Shown here: piece by piece, positions 15,712 to 25,192 of the stretch | Layout: the number at the start of each line of letters is the position of its first letter | How positions within the stretch are numbered: position 1 is the first letter of the stretch | Source: a virus | Lineage: Duplodnaviria > Caudoviricetes | DNA length: 44,268 nt | Virus record (IMG/VR): IMGVR_UViG_3300031965_000061 | Location: 1 to 44,268 of that record | Direction: 5' to 3' (one strand) | Translations under genes and position numbers: made by a program | The notes under the pieces: generated by a model | Database searches by the model: none | Told to the model about the DNA's origin: nothing | What the model saw: only the letters and a program-made list of their open reading frames with translations

Positions 15712-18700
15712 TCATGCAATAGCCGCCGGCGGCGGCACCACCCCCAGCACCAACCGATCCACCACCGACCCAACCCGATACCGTACCTGCACGCTCACTA
15801 TCGTCAGGTCATCGAATTCAATGCGCGATCCAGAGGCGGTCCCCTGAATACCTCGCACCGTAGTCCAGAATGGTCCCGGCGTTGCTGTGCCAGCTAGGTG
15901 GTACGTGTCGGCGTCCGGATCAAAAACCTCCGTCCGGATCTGCGCCGTTGTAACCGGCAGCAATCCGTCCAGATATGCTGTCAGAGCATTCTCATTCGCC
16001 CCAAGCACAATTTCTCCAGGTGCCGGCCACAGTTGAAAATCCCGATACAGCCCCCTCCTGGCATCGGGATGATTGATCAGTGTTTGAATGGCCGGTGTGA
16101 TGTCCACCAGAGATGCCGTCCCGCTCTCCGCAGCGGAGCCGCCAATAGATAATCCCTGCCCAAAAACTTTCCAATCGTCCGCCCCAAACTCCGCCCACGT
16201 CTGCGGCCTGGGCAGGTACACTGGTGAGCTGTCCAGCCGCTTTCCCACTAGCACAAATCCCACGTTGCCGCCGACAACTGGCGACGCCGAGTTGAACACC
16301 TGAAAATGATTGCCAGACGTGCCGCCAGTGAACTGCCATTCCTCATGCCACGCAAGAACACCGTTGACGTGATGCTCGATGTACGAGTGCCTGACTAGCG
16401 GGTTGGGATCCTCGTCCGGGAAAATCCGCAGATCAAAGTATGTGAAGTTCCATTGCCAACTCTTCAGGTTCTCAAAGATAACCTCCGCCTTTGCCTCAAC
16501 GATCTCCGCACCGTCGGGGATTCTGGCCAGCAATCCGCGAATGTCGAGCGACACGCCGCGGAACTGATATGCAGCTTCAACTAGTATGTCAATTCCCTCC
16601 GTGATGTTGCCGCCCGCCACCCCGACGATCTGCTCGTAGGCACCCGCCCGGTTGACGCCTGAACCGTCCCCAATCCCACGATCCGGTCGGTGCCTCAACC
16701 GGTAAGACTCAGCGCCTTCAGCACTTTTTTCGAGGATTCCCCCGCCAGCGCAGGAAATAATCCCATCCAGGGTATCGCTGGTAAAAATCAATCCGTCGGC
16801 TTCACCCTTTGCGTCGACGATTGTGTGTGAACCAGTCTCGAAATGATGATAGGGAAATGTTCCGCCGCCAGCGATTAGTTCATCCGTTTCTGTACTCCAT
16901 TGCCCCTTCAGGCTTCCCCACCCTGCACTCGTCGCGCCGAGATACTGAAATCCTCCCGGCGGTGCAGGATACGTCACACAGGCATAATCGAGCCCAACCG
17001 GAATGATCGTCGTGTCGCCGGAAAGAGTGTCGCCAGCCGCGCCCAATTGAATCGTCGTCCAGCCCTGATCCCAACTCTCCACCACGCCGATCATCTTGTT
17101 GAGCAACCATTCCGGATGGTCATTCCTCAATGTTCTGAACGGACCAACGATTCGGATGCAAAGCGTGCCACCCGACAAGGCGGGCAGAAGAGTATCGTCC
17201 ACGAAAGATTTCTTGATCCAGAGCTTCCGTTCCTCCGGTATAAACACGTACTCACCAGAGGAAATCGTTGTCCAGTCGTGCCCCTCGCCTAGCTCGCGAG
17301 AATCCCACTGTACTGTAAAAGAATCTCTGGGATCGCCACCCGCATCGTTCCGAATCGCAAACTCGACGCCTGGCGTGGTAGGTAATGTGTCCTGTGAATC
17401 TACCACGATCAACTCATCATGCCAATTCGCGACATTCTCATTCACATTCGAGGTTGCAACACCTGAACCGACTTCAGTTTCCGTCCCCCAATTCACCTGC
17501 CCAACCGCACGCGGCGGCCTTCCCGGCGGAGTCGAATCACTAGTGGGAAGCTCATGCGCCACCTGAATCACATCGCCGCTGCTTTCCGCATAGAACGTGA
17601 ACTGCCACACGCCCCCCGTGAATGTTGACTGATAATGATCCCGTGCCGGCGTAGCACTAGATGTCATCGCCTCGCCTGTCGTCAAATTCTCGACTGACAC
17701 AATTGCCGTCGCCAGCGAGGTGACCACCCACGTCGATTCCAATTCATCGGCCACTACCTGAGTGATCCCCCACGCAAGGGAAGTCTCCGCGCCCAGGCGT
17801 GTCAACCGCCAGTCATGCACTGGCGTTGCGGCGGGCTGCTTCCATTTCACTCGATCAACAGTTGTAATTCCCAACTGCCACGGCTGGCTGGCCGTTCCGA
17901 TTACAATGGCAGGCTCGACAACCCACGACTCTCCACTGTCCTGCCGATGGCTGATCACCACATCGGTTCCCGCCCGCTGCACTCGCACCTGAAACGGATA
18001 ATCATAACTCGCCGCCGTCACGCTCACCGGCTGGATTGTTCCATTAGTGTTCGGGCGCCACCATCCGCCGCTCAGGTCTGCTTGTCCTGTCGTCACATTG
18101 CGCGCCCATTCCAAAGCCACCACGCGCGAACCTCTAGCCGGCGTTTCGCGCCACTCCACACCGCCAGAGCCGCCTTGCACATCGACGATATGATCTCCGT
18201 CCCCCAATTCACCCGACAGAGCCGAGACCAATGTATCGAATGATTCAGAGTATCCTGCACCTCCCTCCGGCGCTTCAAGCACCAGCGGCACGCCGAAGTT
18301 CGCCCCGATCGACAGCGTCTTCCCCTCCGTGGTGAATCGTTCGTAGTACGTCAGCCAGAATTTGTCGTAAGGTCCAGAGGCGATGTCTTCGCTGGCGAGC
18401 CGAACCCGCCAGAAATCAGTGTCGAAGTGGAAGCGCGGGCTAGCCCCCATGCTCCCCCAATCGGCATCATCAGGGTAAAATACAGGACCATCTGCATCGA
18501 AGATTTTTCGCTCCGCCAGCACAAGCGAACCGGCCCCCGCTTGGTAGGCGCCTCCTACGTCGCCCATCAGTGTGTCGGCCGTGTCAAACACTAATTCAGC
18601 CGTGTCGTCCGTTGGCGACAAGATGATTCCGCCAGCCACCGCCGCAGACCAAACATGCCCAGCGTCTCCTGTCGGGGTGAAATCTACATTGCTAGGCGCA

Positions 18701-19155
18701 ATGGCATAGGGTTTCGCCTCGTCGATGAACCAACCCCGTTCCACGCCAGCAACATCCTGCCAGATCATCATGCCTGGCAGCGCGCGATCCCCCGCATCCG
18801 GTCCCGCCAGCGCACGATCATTCGCGTGGCTGATTCCTCGTTCCGGTTCGGCAGTCGCGCAAACGTTCCCGCCGCCCTTCCATTCGTACTCAACCTCAAT
18901 GGTTGTGCCGACGACTTCCGGATCCGGATCAAATGTGAAGCTGGACTTCTGATTTCCACGCTCGCACTTGATCTGCTTCAGCCCGCCGCCCAGGTCCGTC
19001 ACCAAAACGATCTTCGCGGTCGTCCTCGTGTCCGACGAAGGTTCCCATGCCTTTGGCTTGCCGGTCCCTTCGAAATACAAGCTGTACTCTACCCCACCGA
19101 TGTCCGCCGGCGGATTCAGGATCGTGCCCTGCATCACGAAATCGTTCTGTGCCAT
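15712..19155 (-). CDS. Large virion/tail-tip protein of unknown function (1147 aa)
   Basis: Long G/T/S-rich ORF that looks beta-rich, at the end of the tail operon. Confidence 0.6.
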   Translation of the reverse strand: MAQNDFVMQGTILNPPADIGGVEYSLYFEGTGKPKAWEPSSDTRTTAKIVLVTDLGGGLKQIKCERGNQKSSFTFDPDPEVVGTTIEVEYEWKGGGNVCATAEPERGISHANDRALAGPDAGDRALPGMMIWQDVAGVERGWFIDEAKPYAIAPSNVDFTPTGDAGHVWSAAVAGGIILSPTDDTAELVFDTADTLMGDVGGAYQAGAGSLVLAERKIFDADGPVFYPDDADWGSMGASPRFHFDTDFWRVRLASEDIASGPYDKFWLTYYERFTTEGKTLSIGANFGVPLVLEAPEGGAGYSESFDTLVSALSGELGDGDHIVDVQGGSGGVEWRETPARGSRVVALEWARNVTTGQADLSGGWWRPNTNGTIQPVSVTAASYDYPFQVRVQRAGTDVVISHRQDSGESWVVEPAIVIGTASQPWQLGITTVDRVKWKQPAATPVHDWRLTRLGAETSLAWGITQVVADELESTWVVTSLATAIVSVENLTTGEAMTSSATPARDHYQSTFTGGVWQFTFYAESSGDVIQVAHELPTSDSTPPGRPPRAVGQVNWGTETEVGSGVATSNVNENVANWHDELIVVDSQDTLPTTPGVEFAIRNDAGGDPRDSFTVQWDSRELGEGHDWTTISSGEYVFIPEERKLWIKKSFVDDTLLPALSGGTLCIRIVGPFRTLRNDHPEWLLNKMIGVVESWDQGWTTIQLGAAGDTLSGDTTIIPVGLDYACVTYPAPPGGFQYLGATSAGWGSLKGQWSTETDELIAGGGTFPYHHFETGSHTIVDAKGEADGLIFTSDTLDGIISCAGGGILEKSAEGAESYRLRHRPDRGIGDGSGVNRAGAYEQIVGVAGGNITEGIDILVEAAYQFRGVSLDIRGLLARIPDGAEIVEAKAEVIFENLKSWQWNFTYFDLRIFPDEDPNPLVRHSYIEHHVNGVLAWHEEWQFTGGTSGNHFQVFNSASPVVGGNVGFVLVGKRLDSSPVYLPRPQTWAEFGADDWKVFGQGLSIGGSAAESGTASLVDITPAIQTLINHPDARRGLYRDFQLWPAPGEIVLGANENALTAYLDGLLPVTTAQIRTEVFDPDADTYHLAGTATPGPFWTTVRGIQGTASGSRIEFDDLTIVSVQVRYRVGSVVDRLVLGVVPPPAAIA

Positions 19156-21074
19156 CAGAGAAGTGCCGCCTTATCCCTCGCAGAATTCGCCAGTGTTGTG
19201 TTTTCCGTCGTCATGTCAAGCGTCACCCTCGTCACTTGCTGTTCCTCCCTTCTTTCCGATCTCCTGCTCCACCAGCTTCCCGAATGCCCGTAGCTGTAAA
19301 GGTGCAATCTCCCCAAAGGCATCAATCCGAATTTCTCGATTGCAGGCCTGACTCCCGGATCATTCTTGACCGTCTCCCAGCCTGACACCTTCGCTGGGAA
19401 GAATCCGTTTTCCCTCACGGTTCCAGCCTCCCAGTGATTGTCTGCATCCGTCGTGTACGGTTCCGCGGCCACCCACCCGTGCACGATCAATTGGTGATCT
19501 CCATCATCATCGGTCCATGTCACCCGCTGGCCCATTGACGGCAGGTGCATCGGGTCTCTGGTGGCGTAGAATCCCCCCGGCGTTTGAATCGCGAATGCGC
19601 CGAAGATGGACACCAGCGAAGGGTTGCCAACGCGGATGATCCGGAAGTTCGGCGTCGACGATTCGCCTGCAATTTGCTGTTCCAGAACGAGGTCCATCGA
19701 CGTAAACCACTTGCTCCACGCCGTTCCGTCCTGCGGGTTCTCGATGCCCATTCCTGCCGGTTCACCGTATCCGGGAAAGCCGAACTTGTCTCCATCCGTT
19801 TCCCAGCAGAGATTCCGGTATCTGCCTTCCTTGAATGCTGTGCACTCGACATTCATACATCGCCGCGACTGATCGCTTCTAGTACCAAGTTCTCCATGCA
19901 CATAGCTCCCTGACCAATCCTTCTGGTCGCTCCAGCAATGCCCATAGAAGGGCCGCTTCAGGATGTCTTCTGATCTTGCCAAGCACCAATATGTTACTTC
20001 GATTCGGTCAGTCGCTTCATCGGAGAGGATGTCTGTCACCAGCAAATCCGCCACGTTGTTTTCTGTGCGGATACGCTCCAAGATTTGACTATTTGACCAT
20101 CCTACACCCGCTCCCCCACCTGATGGAAAAGTCACAACCGACATTTCTGATTCACCCAGTCCCATCCCCGGATACAGGACAATCGTCGTGCCATCAGCCG
20201 AATTGCGAAACTCCCAACGCCCCTCCACCGTTAGTGTCGTCTCTCCAAATTTCAGCACCGCCGTCCGCTTCGTCCACTGGCGGTAATGCTGCGGCTGCCA
20301 GTTCGGCCAGCCAGGCGGAAAGAACCAGTACCAGTAGATGGTGCAATAGTATTTCCCATCAGCCGGAGGATACGCTCTATCAATGGGCTGCATCGCGTTC
20401 GCGACGTTCTCCCAGCACTCCACGAAGAACTCGACATCGTCAAGTTCCGTCCCCTCCCTTCCGTAATACGGCGTTGTGCTGGTGGGCGGAATCACTTTCA
20501 GGATTCGCGGCGTCAGCTTTTCAAACAGCACACTCGGCGGATTGAACTCGACCAACCCGCCAGCAGGAAGTGCGCATGCCTGCGGCAATTGCGAAAAACG
20601 AGGCTCCCCTGGGGCGGGCCAGTTCGGGTTCAGAATTGATTCACCTTGCTCAATCCTGATAGGATTCCGTCCCCTGAGTGTCAGCGTCTTCCCGCTGGCG
20701 TTTACGATCTCATACCCTACTGCCTGGGCGATGTTCGCCCCAGCCTCACCCGCATTGAATGCTGAATTTTTCAGGATGCCATTCTGGCAGAACGCCAGCG
20801 AATCCAGAGCACTCCACACACGCTGCACCGTATCGATGTTGACACGCTGCCGCTCCTGCAGCATGTCCCACCACGGGCGATGAATCGACGCGAGCTGCAC
20901 GCCGATCCACTCGCAAATACGATGCGACTCCTGCTTGTCGCAGGTCTTGCATCCATCCGCGTAATCGAGGATCTCCGGCCAACCCATCACCGGGAAATTA
21001 TGTAGGCGCTCTCCTTCGCTTGTTCGATCGGGAACGCCCTCCCTGAGTCTGCTCGCGAGTGGTGCCCATGCCAT
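19155..21074 (-). CDS. Putative virion/tail-tip protein, Cys/Trp-rich
   Basis: Coupled ORF in the tail operon; CKTC..C and C..CMNVEC..C clusters. Confidence 0.55.
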   Translation of the reverse strand: MAWAPLASRLREGVPDRTSEGERLHNFPVMGWPEILDYADGCKTCDKQESHRICEWIGVQLASIHRPWWDMLQERQRVNIDTVQRVWSALDSLAFCQNGILKNSAFNAGEAGANIAQAVGYEIVNASGKTLTLRGRNPIRIEQGESILNPNWPAPGEPRFSQLPQACALPAGGLVEFNPPSVLFEKLTPRILKVIPPTSTTPYYGREGTELDDVEFFVECWENVANAMQPIDRAYPPADGKYYCTIYWYWFFPPGWPNWQPQHYRQWTKRTAVLKFGETTLTVEGRWEFRNSADGTTIVLYPGMGLGESEMSVVTFPSGGGAGVGWSNSQILERIRTENNVADLLVTDILSDEATDRIEVTYWCLARSEDILKRPFYGHCWSDQKDWSGSYVHGELGTRSDQSRRCMNVECTAFKEGRYRNLCWETDGDKFGFPGYGEPAGMGIENPQDGTAWSKWFTSMDLVLEQQIAGESSTPNFRIIRVGNPSLVSIFGAFAIQTPGGFYATRDPMHLPSMGQRVTWTDDDGDHQLIVHGWVAAEPYTTDADNHWEAGTVRENGFFPAKVSGWETVKNDPGVRPAIEKFGLMPLGRLHLYSYGHSGSWWSRRSERREEQQVTRVTLDMTTENTTLANSARDKAALL

Positions 21075-21077
21075 TTC

Positions 21078-23405
21078 CTAGCCCGCCACGAAACCGAAAA
21101 GTTGGGTGGCGATCGCGAACTCCGAAACAGTACTCGTGCCGCCTCCCCCGCCACTGCCACCCGTCGCCCAACGCACCGGCACCTGCCCCATCGCGCGCAT
21201 CGTCTCCTCGCGAACCGCCTTCGAGATTCCGCTTCCAAGCCCCCCGGGATCTCCACCGCCCCCAGCGGCCGACATCCCACGGAACAGACCCGCCATGCTC
21301 TGGAAATCAATCTCGGAATACGCCGTCTGGATCGACGTGACGCCCCCAATATAATCGACCGCTCGCTCAGTGATAACCGTCCCGATCAGTTGCCGCTGCA
21401 CAGTGCGAGACAATCTTCTAACCATCACACCAGGCGCCGGCAGTCCGCCAATCGACATCTGACGCACACGCACCAATGCGCGCGCCCTGGAATGCCATGC
21501 CTCCGCAAGGGCCGCCACCGCACGAAGCCACGCCCGATCATCCCTTGTGATCATCCCTTGCGATTCCTGCACGCGCACCAGTGTTCCATCCTCGCGCACC
21601 CCCACGACTGTTCCCGGTGCAACCCACCACAACTCGGCATTCTCGATCTCGATCACGAGGCCCTCGCTATCCTCCCCCGGCACGCCAGTCCCCGGAATTC
21701 GCCTCATGACATCAATATGCCTGTTAGTTTCCATCTGCACCGTGGCGATCATCTTTCGCCAATTCGACACGGGGCTGGCCACCGTGGGATTGGCATTCGT
21801 GCCCGGAATGAAATCAGCAGAGGCAATCAAGTGCGCCGGCGTCGCCGTAATCCATAGCGCCGCTTCCGTGTCGTCCGGCCGGACCTGCACGCTCGCCCAG
21901 CTCGAATGCCCCGGGCGACTCCCCTCATAATATCGCTGGATGATCCGGTTTCCCTCCTCGGCAGAACCGAGAAGGAACACAAGCGGAGGCATCACCTCGT
22001 CCACCGCATCGGGTTCTGCACCCGCGCCGTAGTCAATTCCCTTGAAGAGGCCGCAATGCCTCTCAATTCGTCGCCACCGCGGCACCTTCGGCTGACTTGT
22101 ACTCGTTAGGAGGTTGCCTTCAACGTCGATTTCCGGAAGCAACTTGACAGATGGCAGTTCCACGTCGCGCGTCGCCGGAAGAACGGTCGAAAATTCCCAA
22201 TCCGTGTAGGGCTCCTGAAACGTCCGCGCGTCCAGCTCCCAATCGAAATCATCCGGGATCTTGAATCGTTGGTAGACTTGCGCGAACTCCTGGCGCGTTG
22301 TGCGGATGACATCCGACACCGCCCCCTGAGAGATCACCGATGCAGCAGAGTACCCGAGAATGTTCGTCCCCGCATCCTTGTATTCCGTTTCGCGCTGGCT
22401 GCTCCACCCCGCCTCAAGCGTGTCGTCAACTTCGGTCAGCGAAAATGTCACTTTCAGCGGCGCGCCACGCACGATCACGAGCCCCACCTGCGGCAACCCG
22501 TCCACCTGCACCTGCGCGTCCTCGAGCAGCGAACCCGTCTCGACATCCAGATCCACCTGCCGCTCGTTCGCTTTCAGATTGAACCCCTCCGCCACGAAAG
22601 AAATATCGCTCGTGCTGAACAACCTGACGCGCACCGTGCTTCCCACGCCGTACCACTCACACCGAACGCCCATGCCTCGCCGGCGATCGATCAGCGCCTG
22701 CACAACCTGCCATGCACTTTTGCCTTGGGTGTCCAGCACTGGATGCCAATTCGCCAACGTCTCCAGATCGCCGGTCAACTCCCATGTAAATCCGCCCGGG
22801 ATGGGCGCGCGCGCGAGAACATACTCCAGCATCTGAATTGCGTTCCACCTCTCCCCCCCGCGAACGAAGACGTAGCTCGAACCAACCTTACTGTCAGATC
22901 GATTTCCAACAACTACGCCTCCGCTGGAGTAGACGTTGAACCTCGGCGACATGTTGATCCGTCGCGCTGTCGCCTCATCTTCCCACCATGAGCTGGCGAG
23001 CGGCGCACGGTCCAGGTTGAATTCCGGCCCCAACGCCACCAGCACCTGCGTACCGCTGGGGGCGACATCTCGCCCCATTGGCGCGTACTCCTCAGCCCGC
23101 AGAACGCCGGCCCACTGAGTGATGGCACCGCTCCCCACTTCCGCCGTCCGGATGCGGACGCGCCAATCCTTCAGCGCGCTCGGTCTCTCGATGACAAACG
23201 CCCCGCGATCCGCCCGCTTGAGCATCCCGTAATCAAATCGGACTCGTGCGTTTGAGTACCCCGGCGCTACCGCATCGACATGGCTCAGAGGGACTAGGTA
23301 AGGAGCGATCCGCCAGGAAGTCGCCCCCGGCGGCGCGACCTCGCACCACCGCCGTGTGACAGGCTCGATTCGTCTAGTGCGCTTGCCGACTGTGATCGTG
23401 GCCAC
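21078..23405 (-). CDS. Putative tail hub/baseplate-type protein
   Basis: 775-aa ORF in the tail operon; assignment is positional. Confidence 0.5.
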   Translation of the reverse strand: MATITVGKRTRRIEPVTRRWCEVAPPGATSWRIAPYLVPLSHVDAVAPGYSNARVRFDYGMLKRADRGAFVIERPSALKDWRVRIRTAEVGSGAITQWAGVLRAEEYAPMGRDVAPSGTQVLVALGPEFNLDRAPLASSWWEDEATARRINMSPRFNVYSSGGVVVGNRSDSKVGSSYVFVRGGERWNAIQMLEYVLARAPIPGGFTWELTGDLETLANWHPVLDTQGKSAWQVVQALIDRRRGMGVRCEWYGVGSTVRVRLFSTSDISFVAEGFNLKANERQVDLDVETGSLLEDAQVQVDGLPQVGLVIVRGAPLKVTFSLTEVDDTLEAGWSSQRETEYKDAGTNILGYSAASVISQGAVSDVIRTTRQEFAQVYQRFKIPDDFDWELDARTFQEPYTDWEFSTVLPATRDVELPSVKLLPEIDVEGNLLTSTSQPKVPRWRRIERHCGLFKGIDYGAGAEPDAVDEVMPPLVFLLGSAEEGNRIIQRYYEGSRPGHSSWASVQVRPDDTEAALWITATPAHLIASADFIPGTNANPTVASPVSNWRKMIATVQMETNRHIDVMRRIPGTGVPGEDSEGLVIEIENAELWWVAPGTVVGVREDGTLVRVQESQGMITRDDRAWLRAVAALAEAWHSRARALVRVRQMSIGGLPAPGVMVRRLSRTVQRQLIGTVITERAVDYIGGVTSIQTAYSEIDFQSMAGLFRGMSAAGGGGDPGGLGSGISKAVREETMRAMGQVPVRWATGGSGGGGGTSTVSEFAIATQLFGFVAG

Positions 23406-23408
23406 ATC

Positions 23409-24194
23409 CTACTCCCTGTAAGCCGTCACGCTCGTTTCCCAAATTCTCGCGGTGCCCGCAGCCAGCTCATTGCCCGGCACGTCCACCGTCACGCTCGAAA
23501 CCGGCCCATCCGTCTCCGATGCGTCATCCTCCACGCGCCTGGCCCAGCACTCGATCAGCACCTCGCCCGTCTGGCTGGGCAATGCCGTGTCGTCGAGCAT
23601 GATCAGCGTCACCGCCAGTTTCGCCATGCCGTCCGACCAGTCCATCGCGATCGTGGTCGGTCCCTGCACGTCATCTGGCGTCGCAAACTGCGTCGAGCGC
23701 AGCACAAAATGCGTCGGCCGTTCCCCGCTGGTGGGCTCGCCCGCGAACGCCTCCACCAGCACGTTCCATCCGCTGACGCTGGCCCGCAGCTCGAGCAACG
23801 CCTCTGGCGGCACAGGGCCGGACGCCCCCGAATCGATCACGATCCTCTCACTCTCCGTGTTTTCCGAAACGACGTTGTAGCCGTTTCTCTGGCGGACAAC
23901 CACTCGCCAGTCTCCATCGGCCAGAGACACGACAATCGGAAACGAGGTGTCGGCCGCCACGAGGTCTCCCGATGGCACCGCCGGCACAGTTCCGCTCTCG
24001 GGGAAAGTCGGCTCGATGCCATCCGCGGCGTACACCTCAAACCTGCGGAGCGCATCGTTCTCGACCCCACGATTCCGGCCACGGAACTGTAACTGGTACG
24101 GCTGCACAAAGCCGCCAGCACCCCGCGCCTCCAGATGGAAGGGGTCGCGCACGTCCTGCCCATCGACGAATGTCCCCCCCACCAGCGCAATCAA
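23409..24194 (-). CDS. Putative virion protein (possible Ig/FN3-like domains)
   Basis: LADGDWRVVVRQRNGYNVVS segment is FN3-like. Confidence 0.5.
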   Translation of the reverse strand: MIALVGGTFVDGQDVRDPFHLEARGAGGFVQPYQLQFRGRNRGVENDALRRFEVYAADGIEPTFPESGTVPAVPSGDLVAADTSFPIVVSLADGDWRVVVRQRNGYNVVSENTESERIVIDSGASGPVPPEALLELRASVSGWNVLVEAFAGEPTSGERPTHFVLRSTQFATPDDVQGPTTIAMDWSDGMAKLAVTLIMLDDTALPSQTGEVLIECWARRVEDDASETDGPVSSVTVDVPGNELAAGTARIWETSVTAYRE

Positions 24195-24478
24195 TCTTCC
24201 TGCTCCTCCGTTTCACAAGATGTTTCACGGGAAACAACTTGTTCATTTTTTTTACAAGTTCCCGCCTGCCTCACTGCTTTCAGCGCTTTGCAAATCGGTT
24301 GCTCCATTGCCTCCAGCGCCTCCTCTATCAATCTGGCCGCGTGCCGCGGATTCTCGCCCGTCCCGTGCCGAGTGGGCATATTGGGTTGACTGACGCGCCA
24401 TAGGTGCAATCCATGGTAGGGCCCTGCAATCAGCAAGTCTAGCCCGTTGGCGGGGTCCTGGTACTCGAACACGATCAT
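24191..24478 (-). CDS. Hypothetical protein; 3' end contains the parS-like site
   Basis: ATGA-coupled ORF; VSRET peptide is the translation of parS. Confidence 0.5.
   Translation of the reverse strand: MIVFEYQDPANGLDLLIAGPYHGLHLWRVSQPNMPTRHGTGENPRHAARLIEEALEAMEQPICKALKAVRQAGTCKKNEQVVSRETSCETEEQED
24221..24236. promoter_or_regulatory. parS-like centromere site
   Basis: TGTTTCACGGGAAACA, 15/16 match to canonical TGTTTCACGTGAAACA; extra half site GTTTCAC at 24210. Confidence 0.75.
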
Positions 24479-24798
24479 AGTTCCCTCGCTCCGTTGATCT
24501 GGCCCACTGCCTTGCGCGCGACTTCTACCAGCGGCCCGGCCGCGGCCTGCACCTCGGCAAGCCCAGCGAGAAATTCCGCGAGGTCAACCTCCAACCACTC
24601 CTGCACCGCTGCGGCCGCAAGGTCTGCCTGATCTTTCTCGGCTGGCGTGCCCTCCGCAACGCGCAGATAGTAGTCAAGCTTCTGACTCTGCTCGATCTTG
24701 ATCCTGAGCGCTTGGGCTCTGGACTCGATTTGCAAGAGCAACTCGGTTGCTTGGTTGGCCGCGAGGGCCGCTTGTCTCCACTCGGGTGTGAGTGCCAT
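24475..24798 (-). CDS. Hypothetical helical protein
   Basis: GGAGG RBS; coupled ORF. Confidence 0.6.
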   Translation of the reverse strand: MALTPEWRQAALAANQATELLLQIESRAQALRIKIEQSQKLDYYLRVAEGTPAEKDQADLAAAAVQEWLEVDLAEFLAGLAEVQAAAGPLVEVARKAVGQINGAREL

Positions 24799-24799
24799 C

Positions 24800-25147
24800 T
24801 CAATTCACCTCCTGGATAAATGGCATGAGGTCCGCCAGAATCGCCGGCGACGTGTCCTGCTGTAAACTCTCCACCTCGTGCGCCGTCACAAGGTATCCTT
24901 CCCACGGCACATCTTGGTCGAGCAAGGCCGCGACTTCCTCGTTTGCCGCTATCACTTGCTCGGGCGGCACCTTGCCGTCGATAGTATGGCTCTTGATCAC
25001 GGCGTCGCGCGCCGTCTCGAAATCCTCGACGTGCCCGCGGATTTCTCTGACGCGTCGCGCAATCTCCAGCGCCCGCTTTGCGGGAAACTTCAGCCCCGCA
25101 AACTCCTTCGCGGCGCCCCACGCATTTACCATGTCTCGCATCTTCAT
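24800..25147 (-). CDS. Hypothetical protein, possible tail-fibre chaperone
   Basis: Directly downstream of the fibre gene; AAGGAG RBS. Confidence 0.55.
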   Translation of the reverse strand: MKMRDMVNAWGAAKEFAGLKFPAKRALEIARRVREIRGHVEDFETARDAVIKSHTIDGKVPPEQVIAANEEVAALLDQDVPWEGYLVTAHEVESLQQDTSPAILADLMPFIQEVN

Positions 25148-25192
25148 TGCTGTCTGCTCCTTCTGGGGGTGAGTGCCATCAGAGTCTCCTTG

